From Candidatus Kaiserbacteria bacterium (GTDB lineage Bacteria > Patescibacteriota > Minisyncoccia > Phycocordibacterales > Phycocordibacteraceae): a stretch of DNA of 64,000 nucleotides. The stretch lies in contig JACPGH010000006.1 in the NCBI GenBank assembly GCA_016182485.1, positions 26,461-90,460 on the forward strand. The letters run 5' to 3'. The notes beneath the pieces were generated by a model. It ran no database searches. It worked only from the letters and a program-made list of their open reading frames with translations, and was not told where the DNA came from. This document shows, in pieces, positions 53,823 through 63,967 of this stretch (its first letter is position 1; each line of letters starts with the position of its first letter). The translations under genes and the position numbers were made by a program.

Positions 53823-54014
53823 ATGGTATGTTTGAAGCAGATTCATCAAAAGGAGGGCGCCGTGGAAATCACCGTAGCGGCGGTGGTTCTAATCGCGATC
53901 GGACTCTGGTTCCTATTCTCGGATTCATCGATGCTGCTCATCCGCAAGCTGAAAGACTGGCGGATAAGGCGGCGCGTGCGGCGGCGCGTGCGGCGGTGGC
54001 TGGAACATAGATAG
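53823..54014 (+). CDS. Possible small membrane protein with an Arg-rich tail
   Basis: 63-aa ORF. AAGGAGG lies 5 nt upstream of an internal in-frame GTG. One TM helix, then RRRVRRRVRRW. Low support. Confidence 0.3.
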   Translation: MVCLKQIHQKEGAVEITVAAVVLIAIGLWFLFSDSSMLLIRKLKDWRIRRRVRRRVRRWLEHR

Positions 54015-54134
54015 ATCGCCCTCTCACCCACAGTGTCAACAGCCCGTCCGGCGCTACCGGCCGGGCTGTTCGTTTTTCGCGGGACACTGCCCTCAATCCC
54101 TCCGCTGAAGATTGGTTTAATGTGTGTTGAGGCG

Positions 54135-54806
54135 CTAGGCAATTTTTTCCGGGTCTTTGAGAGTGTGATCTTTGAAGAAAAGGCGCCTCGTTGTCCCGCG
54201 AGGAAGAACCAGATCAGGCGCAAGGAGAAGAACCGCCACGCTTACGAAGGAAAGAACACTTCCGAAAATGAATACCATCTCGAAGCCGAAGGCGCTAGCT
54301 ATGGCTCCCCCAACAAAGGAGGCCAAGCCTGCCGCCAACCCGATCGTAGTGCTATCAAGCGTCCAGTCAAAGGCATATCGCTTATAGTCGAGATGCCTCG
54401 AAAAAATGGCCGACCACGATGGCGTATAGAGGGCGAACGCCAGTCCCTTCAAAAAAACGACGAGAAACAGCATCGGAATCGTCTGTACGGCTGTAAAGGC
54501 GAATAGAACTACCCCGCTCATCATGAGGCTTATAACTAGAATGTAGAAATCGTCCTTTTCTCCGTCCAGCCGGTCGAGCAGGAATGCAATTGGGATCTGA
54601 GCCAACGATTTCGTCCCGAGATAGACGGCTGCGACAGCCCCGACTGTGACGAGCGTCGCCCCCTCGATATTCTCCACGATAAATATCGAAAAGATAGGAT
54701 CGACGAAGCCCCACCCTCCCAAAAAGAAAAGGTCAGACAGTATAAAGTATTTTACGATCCTGTTTATTTTGAAATCCTCGAATTTTATGTTGACTCTGAC
54801 AAACAT
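54135..54806 (-). CDS. Hypothetical 6-TM membrane protein (MFS-half-like)
   Basis: 223 aa, hydrophobic, with about six helices. Confidence 0.4.
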   Translation of the reverse strand: MFVRVNIKFEDFKINRIVKYFILSDLFFLGGWGFVDPIFSIFIVENIEGATLVTVGAVAAVYLGTKSLAQIPIAFLLDRLDGEKDDFYILVISLMMSGVVLFAFTAVQTIPMLFLVVFLKGLAFALYTPSWSAIFSRHLDYKRYAFDWTLDSTTIGLAAGLASFVGGAIASAFGFEMVFIFGSVLSFVSVAVLLLAPDLVLPRGTTRRLFFKDHTLKDPEKIA

Positions 54807-54911
54807 AAAAAGGCTAGAGCTATGTTCATTACTGTACTCTAGCAGCTAGAAACCGCAATCGGCTAATCAACTTGTGTACCCTGCCGGATTCGAATCCGAA
54901 TTCCAGAACTT

Positions 54912-55010
54912 TGGTGGACCCTACCGGATTCTCCCGATTCAATCGTGGATCCGCGTTTTTGAATACAAAATCGGGAGAACCGGTGACCTCCACATTGTCC
55001 CGATGGCAAA
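54912..55010 (-). other. tRNA 3'-fragment duplicate of tRNA-Ala(UGC) carrying a 52-nt hairpin insertion in the T-loop
   Basis: The plus strand reads tggtggaccctaccgg-attc[tcccgattcaatcgtggatccgcgtttttgaatacaaaatcgggaga]a-ccggtgacctcc. It duplicates the acceptor-3'/T-stem/variable region of the adjacent tRNA-Ala. On the minus strand it ends ...GGGTCCACCA. Confidence 0.5.
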
Positions 55011-55012
55011 GG

Positions 55013-55085
55013 TGGACCCGACCGGACTCGAACCGGTGACCTCCTCATTGCAAATGAGGCGTTCTACCAGCTGAACTACGGGCCC
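55013..55085 (-). tRNA. tRNA-Ala (anticodon TGC)
   Basis: GGGCCCGTAGTTCAGCTGGTAGAACGCCTCATTTGCAATGAGGAGGTCACCGGTTCGAGTCCGGTCGGGTCCA. G3:U70 is present. Confidence 0.8.
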
Positions 55086-55345
55086 ACCTTTACCATCGAG
55101 GATTCACGATTCATAAAATTCTCAATGGCCGCTCGCTTCTTCCACGATTTTAACCGCGCTTCAAGTTTCCTTGCCTCGCTTACGGTATCACACTTTTTCG
55201 CGAATCGCAGTATCCAGGGTCGTCTGGCTTTCGTCGATCTAACAACGCCGGCATTATGTTGCTCCAGTCTCGTTGAAACGGTAGAGGCACTACCTATGTA
55301 ATACGACCCGTCTTTCTGCGATTCGAGAATGTATGCAAAGGCCAT
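55076..55345 (-). CDS. GIY-YIG nuclease-domain protein (UPF0213/YhbQ-like)
   Basis: AYILESQKDGSYYIGSASTVSTRLEQHNAG and an RPW motif. The last four codons (GTG GGC CCG TAG) are nucleotides 1-10 of the tRNA-Ala(UGC) gene. Confidence 0.6.
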   Translation of the reverse strand: MAFAYILESQKDGSYYIGSASTVSTRLEQHNAGVVRSTKARRPWILRFAKKCDTVSEARKLEARLKSWKKRAAIENFMNRESSMVKVGP

Positions 55346-55458
55346 TGGAATTTATGAATCGGAACAAATGTGGCGCTCAACTCCCGATTTATGAATCGAG
55401 GATCCTCGATATTGCTGCAATATCGGGACAGCTAAGCTAAGGGCCCTTTAATGTCAGC

Positions 55459-56076
55459 TTAGCATTTCCTCCCAATTATCTGAAGCCAGACAGTGGATCC
55501 TGAAACCTTTCGGCCACTCCAATCTATATGTAATCCGGCTTGCGTAATATAAGATTCCAATTCCTCCATCGTATAGTAACTAAAAAATCGCTCGAAATCA
55601 TACCCGTACTTATTCTCTTTTTTCACCTCTTCTTCCGGCTGGCCTGCCTTGATTTCCTTAACCGAGACATATAACAAGCCCGAGTCGTTGAGGCGTGTGT
55701 TCATTTTGGCGATGATGCTCGGTAGATTTGCCTTGCGAATATGCAGAAGCGAAGCCTGCGCGAAAATGCCGTCGAATGTCTCTGGTAACGTATCCAATTC
55801 TTCCAATGCTAAGAGACGAAACGTTGCACTCGAAGCAGCTGCACGCGCGAGACGCAACTGTCCTTCGGAAAAATCGACACCTAGAACCGAATATCCTCGC
55901 TCGCTCATATATTTCGATTTCACTCCCGCCCCACATCCTGCATCCAGAATGGTCTTCTTGCCCGGTAACAGCGCTAGAAAACGCTCGGTGCCTTCTATCC
56001 ACCAATCATCAATATTATGATCAGTGAGCCAGTCTGCCGCGATACGATCGTATGTCGCCTGTAATTCAGAATTCAT
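55459..56076 (-). CDS. Class I SAM-dependent methyltransferase
   Basis: ILDAGCGAGVKS is motif I. A downstream acidic residue and motif II are present. Confidence 0.7.
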   Translation of the reverse strand: MNSELQATYDRIAADWLTDHNIDDWWIEGTERFLALLPGKKTILDAGCGAGVKSKYMSERGYSVLGVDFSEGQLRLARAAASSATFRLLALEELDTLPETFDGIFAQASLLHIRKANLPSIIAKMNTRLNDSGLLYVSVKEIKAGQPEEEVKKENKYGYDFERFFSYYTMEELESYITQAGLHIDWSGRKVSGSTVWLQIIGRKC

Positions 56077-57068
56077 GCCATCGCCAAATTGACCAGATGC
56101 GATAGGAAATCGGGGAACCGCACGCCGACAGCCGCGAGTGATTTGGGCAAGAGTGATTCGCCCGTGAGACCGGGGAGCGTGTTCGTCTCGAGATAATAGA
56201 TGCCCTTCGGGGTTATGATGAAATCACTGCGCGAATAGTGGCGCAAATGAAGTGTATGATGCATAAGCTTCGCAAGCCGGCGCAGTTCCTCCGATTCTAC
56301 CCGTGAGAAATTACCCGGACAGATCTCGCGCGTCTTCCCTGAATACTTATTTTCGTAAGAAAAGAACGAATTTTCATCTAGGGAGCCTTCGCCAAGGCTT
56401 CGGCTTCCCGAAGGCGGAATGATCTCGATCGGCGGAAGCGCATAGAGCTTCTCGCCTCGCATATTCTCGACCACGCCGACGGTCGCTTCCTTGCCGCGCA
56501 GATACTCCTCGACGAGCACGCCCGGCGCGCCGTCCACGAAGAGCGCCCCGATCGCCTTCTGCACAGGCGCGTAGCCGCTAACGATAGAAACGCCTACCGA
56601 GGAGCCCCACCCGACCGGCTTCACGACCACCGGCTGATGAAAGCTGCGGATGACTTCGCCGGCACCAGTTGCGCAATCTTCCGCCCGTTCGATGTAGCGC
56701 GAATCGGGCGTGCGCGCGCCGGCCTCCTTCGCATGAGACTTCGCCATTACCTTATGCATAGCGAGATACGAGCCGAAGGAATCTGCGCCGGCATACGGAA
56801 CGCCGTATCGTTCAAGTAGCTTCTGCACCTCCCCGTCTTCGCCATATTCGCCATGCAGACCGATGAGAACTGCGTCGAGCTGCCGAAGCACGCGCTCCGG
56901 AGAGACGGCGCGCCCGCGATCGTGCCACTCGCCCTGCCTGTCGATATAAATATCCCGCGTTATGTACTTCTCTTCCGGCAGATTCGCGAGGATGGCGGCG
57001 CCCGTCTTGAGCGAGACTTCGTGCTCGCGGCTCGGCCCGCCCCGCAACACCCCAACGACGGTTTGCAT
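56073..57068 (-). CDS. ddl: D-alanine--D-alanine ligase
   Basis: ATP-grasp fold with conserved Ddl N-terminal and central motifs. There is a 4-nt overlap with the downstream methyltransferase gene. Confidence 0.9.
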   Translation of the reverse strand: MQTVVGVLRGGPSREHEVSLKTGAAILANLPEEKYITRDIYIDRQGEWHDRGRAVSPERVLRQLDAVLIGLHGEYGEDGEVQKLLERYGVPYAGADSFGSYLAMHKVMAKSHAKEAGARTPDSRYIERAEDCATGAGEVIRSFHQPVVVKPVGWGSSVGVSIVSGYAPVQKAIGALFVDGAPGVLVEEYLRGKEATVGVVENMRGEKLYALPPIEIIPPSGSRSLGEGSLDENSFFSYENKYSGKTREICPGNFSRVESEELRRLAKLMHHTLHLRHYSRSDFIITPKGIYYLETNTLPGLTGESLLPKSLAAVGVRFPDFLSHLVNLAMA

Positions 57069-57141
57069 TGAATAAGTATATAACAGCAGAGCCGCCTAGT
57101 CGGCGGCTCGTGCCCGAGAGGCGAACGGTCTCCCCGGGCGG

Positions 57142-57930
57142 CTAGTTGTTTTCTGCGTTCCTCATGCGATCGACGGCTTGCACGATGGCTTCTGCCTGCC
57201 GTTCGCCCTCCTCCGTCAGGCGGATCATGCCCTCGCCGCACTCTTCCACGACGCCCTCCCCGATAGCGATATCGACCCAGGTGAGCGGCTGACAGATCTC
57301 CTCACGCTCGACGCGCACGCCCATGTCGACCGCTACCGCGTAGAGTCGTTCGAGGAATTCCTTGCCCTCGCGACGTCGAGTAGAGAAGTACGACTCTGAA
57401 CTGGCGTGTTCGAGCATGAAGCGCATCCGGTCCCTCATCCACGTTGCGAGCACTAGCACGATGGGACGAGTGAGGGGATGCGCCCGCAGATCGTCCCACA
57501 GCTTGTCCGGCAGGCGCATGTTGTACTTATCGAACCAGAAGGAGGACTCCGTGTCGTCGAGGCTCTCGAGAAACCTCTCGACGCTTGTCTGGCTCGACGC
57601 CGGAGCCAGCTCAAGAACGCTCGGGAACAGCTCATCTCTCACGACGCAGCAGCGTTCGTCGAACACGAAGCTCCGTCCAGGCTCTACGACTCCGGATTCT
57701 TCGCGCCACCAGCGAGCAGCTTCCGGCGCGTGCAGAGCGAGGATCTCGATCGACATGACGATGTCGACCACATAGCCGCTCGCGTCTTGTAGCAGGCCGC
57801 TCAAGATCCCAACCGTCTGCGAGCAATACGCGGAAGCTCCATTGAGCGGTAGGATGAGGCCAACCCATTTCTCACGCACCCACTCCGGCGCTTCGCCTGG
57901 CGGTACATCGACGATCCGTATGCAACGCAT
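57142..57930 (-). CDS. Hypothetical protein
   Basis: 262 aa. No recognised motif. Confidence 0.35.
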   Translation of the reverse strand: MRCIRIVDVPPGEAPEWVREKWVGLILPLNGASAYCSQTVGILSGLLQDASGYVVDIVMSIEILALHAPEAARWWREESGVVEPGRSFVFDERCCVVRDELFPSVLELAPASSQTSVERFLESLDDTESSFWFDKYNMRLPDKLWDDLRAHPLTRPIVLVLATWMRDRMRFMLEHASSESYFSTRRREGKEFLERLYAVAVDMGVRVEREEICQPLTWVDIAIGEGVVEECGEGMIRLTEEGERQAEAIVQAVDRMRNAENN

Positions 57931-58055
57931 GTGAATTCTCCTTTCTCCTTCTTGATTTGAGAACGGAACACCCGATCAAAAGCGTAGCATAAGAAGCAAG
58001 AATCAGAAAATCGCGCAGAACTATTTTAGTCTTTTGCAAAATTCCAATATCAATA

Positions 58056-58808
58056 TCAAATCTGCAGGGCCATCGCCCATTTATCCTTTCCTTCCCAAGC
58101 GTCCCACATCTTTTCGTATCCCTTTTCCCGAAAAAACGCCTCGGATTCTTTCAACAATTTCTGCTGAACTTTCAGATCCGCAGTCTGTAAAATCTGAAGC
58201 AGCGTGTGAACAATATCGTCTGGTTCCCAAGGCATTTCTATAGGGTATTTTTCGAACTCCTTTCGAATATAGCCATAGTAAGGTCTAGGGCGCCCATGTA
58301 CGCCAAATAGCGCATCCAAGAAGTACGGTATCGATGAAGCTGCTTCAAAATGAGCTCCTTCGGGATTATTATTCCGCCATGCTTTCACAGATCGGAATAC
58401 CGCATTCACGTATCCGTCCAAGGAGCGGTAGACGAAGTCATACTGCTGTTCTCTTGGAATTTGGCCTCTTTGTTCGACTATCTTTCGTACTTCGCCTGTT
58501 CGATCGACCAGAATATTACAGTGAGCGTAATCATACCGATCTTCCGGCTCTCCCAAGCTTCCCCACCAAGTAGGTGCTCTGAATTCGGAGAGGCTGCATA
58601 CGGGCAAATCTAATCCGCTAATCGGCACATCGTACCGTTTCTTATATTCATCAGAGGCATCGTCTGCCACGATAAGTAGAGCATCGTAATCTGAGAATTC
58701 ATTTTCAAATCCTTTGCCTCGCGAACCCTGCAAAATAAGACCGACGACATTCGGATCCTCTTTTACGTCCGCGAATAAGCGCTGAAATGAATCTTGAGGG
58801 GCAGACAT
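58056..58808 (-). CDS. Nucleotidyltransferase-fold protein (ANT/AadK-like)
   Basis: GSRGKGFENEFSDYDALLIV is the Pol-beta-like NTase motif GS...SD.D. Confidence 0.5.
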   Translation of the reverse strand: MSAPQDSFQRLFADVKEDPNVVGLILQGSRGKGFENEFSDYDALLIVADDASDEYKKRYDVPISGLDLPVCSLSEFRAPTWWGSLGEPEDRYDYAHCNILVDRTGEVRKIVEQRGQIPREQQYDFVYRSLDGYVNAVFRSVKAWRNNNPEGAHFEAASSIPYFLDALFGVHGRPRPYYGYIRKEFEKYPIEMPWEPDDIVHTLLQILQTADLKVQQKLLKESEAFFREKGYEKMWDAWEGKDKWAMALQI

Positions 58809-58820
58809 ATAAGCAGTATA

Positions 58821-60230
58821 TCAGCGGCGCGGGGCCCGGGTTGATGAGACCCGTAAGTTTCGAGATCTAGCCCTGCGATGCCGCGAGAGCGAAAAGCGAT
58901 GCGCTTCGGCGTTCGCGAGGACGGCGTCTGCTTCGGAAATACCCGCGCGAAGTGCTCCGAGCACTTCGCGCGGGCGGTGCCGCTCGTCCTTCACCACGGC
59001 GACTACCGGGATGTGGAGCCGCCGCTCGGAGATGATGGATTCCCCCGCCTTCTTCTGCGTCCGCCCCCCGTCCACCACAATGGCATGTGGAAACGGCCAT
59101 TCCGGATGATTCAATCGCCGCGACAAGATTTCCTTGAGCGACGCGATATCATTATTTATTTTTCTCATTTTTTTCGACGCCGCCTGTGGTGAGCTTGTCG
59201 AACCACGGATGCGGAAAGTCCGATATTCACTTTTCACAGGCCGGCCGTCCACGAGAACGGCCATAACCCCGATCGCGTTCGTTCCCGAGATATGCGCGGT
59301 ATCGTACGCCTCGATCCGCTGACCTTTTGCGAACAATCCTTCCTTCTTGTGATACGTGTTTTCGTCTTTGATAAGCGAGACATCTTGGATATGATCGAGC
59401 GCGAACAGCTCACGGCGCCGCTGCGCGGCCACTTCAAACTGCTCCGCGTTTGCCGCTTCTCTCATCTCCCGCTCCAGCACACGGCGAAGCTCCTTTCCCC
59501 GGCCGCTTAAGTACATCGCCACGTGCGTAAGCGTTTTGCGATAGTTCTTAAGTAGTACCTTATCGTGGCCTATAGGCGATACTAAGGTGCTCTTTACATT
59601 GAGCGGATAGTGGCCGATTTGCGTGTTGAATTCAATGTTTGCGCGCTGATGCTTGCTGTTCGTTGCAACAGGCTTACGCGTGTCAAAAAACGGGAAGATG
59701 CGCTGTATGAGCCGCAGGCCCTCGCGTAATTGCGCGCCGGAGGGAAACGGTCCGAATACCGCCTTGATCCGCGTACCTTCCGGTGTTTTCTTCCACAATG
59801 ATTTCACAAGGTTCGACCTTGTAGAAACGCCTTCAGTTTCTTTGCCGACAGTATTGGCCTCATCGAGCTCGGTTCTGCGGAAAGAGAGCACGCGCGGAAT
59901 ATCCTCTTTCGTTATTACCGCGTAGAGGAAGGACCGGTCATCCATTCCCATAGAATTCGCCGGCGGATCATATTTCCGGATGAGAGCCGCTTCCCGCACG
60001 AGAGCTTCAAGGACGGTCGGAGTGGCCTCATGGGCAACGCGGTCAGCTACGGTAACCATATCCACGAGACGAGGGCCGCGGGTCGCAATGAGGTCGTCAT
60101 CGAAGTAGGAGCGCACGCGGTCCCGAAGCGAAGTCGCCTTCGCCACATGCAAAACTTTTCTCCCCCGTTTGAAGAGGTAGACGCCCGGCAGGTCCGGCAA
60201 ATCAAATTTAGCCAAATCTTTTTTATCCAT
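58821..60230 (-). CDS. uvrC: Excinuclease ABC subunit C (short form)
   Basis: The N-terminal GIY-YIG domain (GVYLFK...) and the central UvrC domains are present. At 469 aa the C-terminal HhH region is reduced or absent. Confidence 0.8.
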   Translation of the reverse strand: MDKKDLAKFDLPDLPGVYLFKRGRKVLHVAKATSLRDRVRSYFDDDLIATRGPRLVDMVTVADRVAHEATPTVLEALVREAALIRKYDPPANSMGMDDRSFLYAVITKEDIPRVLSFRRTELDEANTVGKETEGVSTRSNLVKSLWKKTPEGTRIKAVFGPFPSGAQLREGLRLIQRIFPFFDTRKPVATNSKHQRANIEFNTQIGHYPLNVKSTLVSPIGHDKVLLKNYRKTLTHVAMYLSGRGKELRRVLEREMREAANAEQFEVAAQRRRELFALDHIQDVSLIKDENTYHKKEGLFAKGQRIEAYDTAHISGTNAIGVMAVLVDGRPVKSEYRTFRIRGSTSSPQAASKKMRKINNDIASLKEILSRRLNHPEWPFPHAIVVDGGRTQKKAGESIISERRLHIPVVAVVKDERHRPREVLGALRAGISEADAVLANAEAHRFSLSRHRRARSRNLRVSSTRAPRR

Positions 60231-62952
60231 GTATTTTCTGTCTACTGCCTACTGCTTTCTGCTTTCTGTGCGATAGCACTTTGGCGAGATACCGGCCGGT
60301 GTGCGAGCCTTCCGCACCGACTACTTCCTCTGGCGTACCTTTCGCAATCACCTTTCCTCCCCCGAGACCTCCTTCGGGGCCGAAATCAATAAGATAATCC
60401 GCGCTCTTCACGATATCGAGGTTATGCTCGATGACGACGACGGTGTTGCCGCGCCGCACGAGCTCCTGGAGGATCTCGAGCAGCTTACCGACGTCCTCAT
60501 AATGCAGGCCCACCGTCGGCTCATCGAGCAGATAGATCGTTTTCATCGGCATTGAGCGATAGAGTTCGCTCGCGATCTTCACGCGCTGAGCTTCCCCGCC
60601 TGATAGTGTCGTCGCGCTCTGGCCGAGCGTGAGATATTCGAGCCCGGTCGAGTTCAAGCTTGCGAGCCGGTCCGAGATCGCTGGGATATCTGCGAAGAAT
60701 TTTTCCGCTTCCTCGACAGTCATCTCGAGCACTTCGTGAATATTTTTGCCGCGATAGGTTATCTCGAGCGTTTCTTTCATAAAGCGCTTGCCTTCGCAGA
60801 CGTCACAGGTGACATATACCGTCGGGAGAAAATGCATCTCCACCGCGATCGAACCATTCCCTTGGCAGGCTTCGCACCGGCCGCCCGGCACATTGAACGA
60901 GAAGCGGCCGGGCTTCCAGCCGCGCGCCCGTGCCTCCGGAGTAGCTGCGAAGAGATCGCGGATCGGCGTGAACGCGCCGGTATACGTCGCCGGGTTGCTG
61001 CGCGGCGTGCGGCCGATCGGAGATTGATCAATAAGCACGGCGCGGCCGAGATATTCCGTGCCGGCGAGCGAGGCGACGTGCTCGAGCTTTACGTCGCGGC
61101 GCGCGAAGCGCGCCGCGACGTTCCTGTGCAGGATGTCGTACAAATACGTCGACTTCCCGCTCCCCGAGACGCCTGTAATACAGACTAACTTGCCGAGAGG
61201 AATGTCAATATTTTGGTTCACAAGATTGTGCAAAGTCGCGCCGCGTATTTTTAGCCAGCCGCGTTCTGCAGTGCGCCTCGATAGAGGCACGGCGATTTCT
61301 TTTTCTTGCCGTAAATAAGAGAGCGTGAGCGAACCGGTCTCCTCCCCCGTGGGCGCGCTTTTCGCGAGCAGGTCGTCCAGCCAGCCGGCAGCTACAATAT
61401 GACCCCCGTGAATACCGGCGCCTGGACCCACGTCCACAAGATAATCGGATGCATGGATAGTTTCTTCGTCGTGTTCAACAACAAGGATAGTGTTCCCCAA
61501 TTCCTTAAGCGTGAGGAGCGTCCGTATCAGGCGCTCGTTGTCTCGCTGATGCAGACCGATCGTCGGCTCGTCAAGCACGTAGAGCGCTCCGGTAAGCCCG
61601 CTGCCGAGCTGTGAAGCGAGACGGATACGTTGCGCCTCGCCGCCCGAGAGCGTCGCCGCCGAACGGTCGAGCGTGAGGTAGTCGAGTCCGACATTCAGCA
61701 TGAATGTGAGCCGGCTCTCGATCTCTTTCAGGATAGGCGCCGCGATATCGAATTTCATTTCAGAGAGTTCGATTTCCTCCACAAACTCTTTAGCTTCCGC
61801 AATAGACATGTTCGTAAAGTCCACGATATTGGCTCCCAGATTTGAGTTCTGAGTTTTTAGTTTTGAGGCTTGTTTCGAGTTTCGTGCTTCGGATTTCGTG
61901 CTTTTTAGATAAACCCGCAAAGCCTCCGGCCGCAGCCGCTTCCCCTCGCACACCGGGCATATTTCTTCGGAGAAAAGCGATTCCGTGCCGAGGCCGTGGC
62001 AGGCCGGACAGGCGCCATAGGGAGAATTGAATGAGAACAACCGCGGTTCGACCTCCGGGAAAGGCGCGCCATCCTCGGGACATATGAATTTGGATGAGAG
62101 TGTCTCGAGCGTGCCATCGGCGTGACCGATCTTCACTAAGCCGTCGGTCTCTTTAAGCGCGAGTTCGAGTGCCTCGGAGAGCCGTTCGCGCGCCGCCGCT
62201 GTCGAGCGGGCGAATTCCGTCACGAATATCGAGTCAACGACCGCATCAACCGAATGCCGTTTATTGCGATCCAGCACAATTTTTTCACGCAGAGAATGCG
62301 GCTTCCCGTCAATGATGACTTTTTCGAATCCCTTGCCCAGCAAATCGTAGAGCAGCTGATAGTACTCGCCCTTGCGCCCCACGACGACCGGCGCGTAGAT
62401 GGTAACAGCGCTTCGGTCGACAGAAACGCCCATGACGCTGGTTGTGGTTGTTTTTCGTTTAGCTTCCACGCGCGCAAACACCATCTTTATCATTTCTTCT
62501 TTGGAAAGGCGCACGATGGGCACGTCGTGGTGCACACAATACGGCTGGCCGGCCCGCGCATAAAGCACGCGCAGATAATCGTAGATCTCGGTAACGGTGG
62601 CGACCGTCGAACGCGGGTTGTTCGACCGGCTTTTTTGGGCGATGGAGATGGCTGGCGAGAGACCGGAGATCTCGTCGACGTCCGGCTTCGCCATCTGGTT
62701 CAAGAATTGCCGCGCATAGGCCGAAAGCGATTCGACATAGCGCCGCTGGCCTTCCGCGAAGATGGTGTCGAAGGCGAGCGAGGACTTCCCGCTCCCCGAG
62801 AGGCCGGTGATGACCGTCATCGCTCCGCGCGGCATCTTGACCGAAATGTTCTTTAAATTATGCGTGCGGGCGCCTTTGACAGACAACCAATCAGACCCGT
62901 GCCGGTGCGCATGGTCCCCTTGTTCAGCCTTCTTTTTTTTCTTTTCCGGCAT
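60223..62952 (-). CDS. uvrA: Excinuclease ABC subunit A
   Basis: Two ABC ATPase modules (GLSGSGKSS / GVSGSGKST) and zinc fingers. The likely start is [12 protein letters not shown] (ATG at 62950-62952). It overlaps the uvrC start. Confidence 0.95.
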   Translation of the reverse strand: MPEKKKKKAEQGDHAHRHGSDWLSVKGARTHNLKNISVKMPRGAMTVITGLSGSGKSSLAFDTIFAEGQRRYVESLSAYARQFLNQMAKPDVDEISGLSPAISIAQKSRSNNPRSTVATVTEIYDYLRVLYARAGQPYCVHHDVPIVRLSKEEMIKMVFARVEAKRKTTTTSVMGVSVDRSAVTIYAPVVVGRKGEYYQLLYDLLGKGFEKVIIDGKPHSLREKIVLDRNKRHSVDAVVDSIFVTEFARSTAAARERLSEALELALKETDGLVKIGHADGTLETLSSKFICPEDGAPFPEVEPRLFSFNSPYGACPACHGLGTESLFSEEICPVCEGKRLRPEALRVYLKSTKSEARNSKQASKLKTQNSNLGANIVDFTNMSIAEAKEFVEEIELSEMKFDIAAPILKEIESRLTFMLNVGLDYLTLDRSAATLSGGEAQRIRLASQLGSGLTGALYVLDEPTIGLHQRDNERLIRTLLTLKELGNTILVVEHDEETIHASDYLVDVGPGAGIHGGHIVAAGWLDDLLAKSAPTGEETGSLTLSYLRQEKEIAVPLSRRTAERGWLKIRGATLHNLVNQNIDIPLGKLVCITGVSGSGKSTYLYDILHRNVAARFARRDVKLEHVASLAGTEYLGRAVLIDQSPIGRTPRSNPATYTGAFTPIRDLFAATPEARARGWKPGRFSFNVPGGRCEACQGNGSIAVEMHFLPTVYVTCDVCEGKRFMKETLEITYRGKNIHEVLEMTVEEAEKFFADIPAISDRLASLNSTGLEYLTLGQSATTLSGGEAQRVKIASELYRSMPMKTIYLLDEPTVGLHYEDVGKLLEILQELVRRGNTVVVIEHNLDIVKSADYLIDFGPEGGLGGGKVIAKGTPEEVVGAEGSHTGRYLAKVLSHRKQKAVGSRQKIHG

Positions 62953-63056
62953 TGCCAATTCCTGCCCGTGGCGGGGCAGGTACAGCATGCACTGTACCAT
63001 AGATGATTCTTGTTATATAATCGCCGCAGATCCAGAACACTCCAAGGGAGGCCGAC

Positions 63057-63482
63057 ATGACTGTGCAAGAGGCAATGAAAAGGCTTCGCGAACTGGACTC
63101 ACAGATCAGGAAGTTCTATGCGCGCAGAAGTCCGGGCGAACTTCCTGTCAACCGGTGCCTCCGGGCTCTGACAGAGGCGGAATGGCGGGAAATCGTCGCT
63201 CTCATCGAAGAACACGAGTTCCCGTGCTTCGTGATGCATGCGCCCTACGGATTCATCTTCTCGGTTCACGAGGTTGGTGCCGTACAGGGCGCTGTGACGC
63301 CGTTCCTGCTCGCTGTGGAGGACAGCCAGTTCCCCTTCTCCTCTGCGCGACGAGGGTTCGAGGGCCAGGCGGCGACCCTGCACGCGCTCGAGCCGCTCAT
63401 CTATGGGCGGAGGAACGTCGAGATTCTCAGATGGCACGGTTTCGACGAGCTCCAGCCGGACATCACCTCGTACACGTACTGA
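63057..63482 (+). CDS. Hypothetical protein
   Basis: 141 aa. A strong SD (AAGGGAGG) lies 5 nt upstream of the ATG. Confidence 0.5.
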   Translation: MTVQEAMKRLRELDSQIRKFYARRSPGELPVNRCLRALTEAEWREIVALIEEHEFPCFVMHAPYGFIFSVHEVGAVQGAVTPFLLAVEDSQFPFSSARRGFEGQAATLHALEPLIYGRRNVEILRWHGFDELQPDITSYTY

Positions 63483-63484
63483 TC

Positions 63485-63583
63485 ATGCTTCGGAAGCTCT
63501 GCCGGCTGTTCGAGTGGTCGCGCTTCGTGCTCATTCTCGCGATCATGCTCTACGAGGTGGTCACGCTGCCACGCAAAGCTTGA
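63485..63583 (+). CDS. Possible 32-aa hydrophobic micropeptide ([32 protein letters not shown])
   Basis: The ATG sits 2 nt after the preceding stop (tgaTCATG), which would allow translational coupling. The hairpin at 63590 follows it. The call is speculative. Confidence 0.2.
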   Translation: MLRKLCRLFEWSRFVLILAIMLYEVVTLPRKA

Positions 63584-63589
63584 TGCGCC

Positions 63590-63622
63590 ACACAGCGCGG
63601 GGACTCCTGTCCCCGCGCTGTT
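63590..63622. repeat. 31-nt hairpin element ACAGCGCGGGGA-ctcctg-TCCCCGCGCTGT, copy 1
   Basis: Identical to copy 2 at 63968-64000. Confidence 0.7.
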
Positions 63623-63725
63623 CTCATTCCTATCCATAGCCGCCAACCCGCGCAAAGCCAAGCATTGCAGAATATTGCAGACACACGTCCTTTCATTTAT
63701 TCTTCACACGGAAAGGAGGGCTTAC

Positions 63726-63950
63726 ATGGCAAGCAGACGGTGTTTGCGTCGCCGAAGTTGTACAAAGAAGCGTCTGTTCGTCGACAAGAGCGAGGCACAC
63801 GAGCATGCCCGAAGCTTGAACCGGAGATTCGGGTTCGAGTCTGACTCGGCGTGGCATGCATACCGGTGCCGATTCGGTCGTCATCACTGGCACGTCGGCC
63901 GAATGACGCGCGAGCAACGCCATGCAATGGAGGCGCGTAGGCAGTACTGA
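63726..63950 (+). CDS. Small Cys/His-rich (putative metal-binding) basic protein
   Basis: AAAGGAGGG lies 5 nt upstream of the ATG. The protein is MASRRCLRRRSCTKKRLFVDKSEAHEHARSLNRRFGFESDSAWHAYRCRFGRHHWHVGRMTREQRHAMEARRQY. Confidence 0.45.
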   Translation: MASRRCLRRRSCTKKRLFVDKSEAHEHARSLNRRFGFESDSAWHAYRCRFGRHHWHVGRMTREQRHAMEARRQY

Positions 63951-63967
63951 TGAGAATGCGCAGCTCC

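Noticed and set aside
54871-54900. Palindrome CCGGATTCGAATCCGA as the T-arm of an additional tRNA
   Set aside because: A cloverleaf could not be folded on either strand around it: no acceptor or anticodon stems. It is reported only as part of the tRNA-Ala locus oddities.
54897-55010. Complete tRNA or tmRNA tRNA-like domain ending in ...GGGTCCACCA
   Set aside because: No complementary 5' acceptor strand exists upstream on the minus strand, where tRNA-Ala(UGC) lies. There is no room for a ~350-nt tmRNA. It is interpreted as a 3' fragment.
62762-63583. 273-aa plus-strand ORF antisense to uvrA
   Set aside because: Arg/Cys-rich composition typical of antisense frames over GC-rich genes. Only its last 33 codons, downstream of gene 63057..63482, were kept as a speculative micropeptide.
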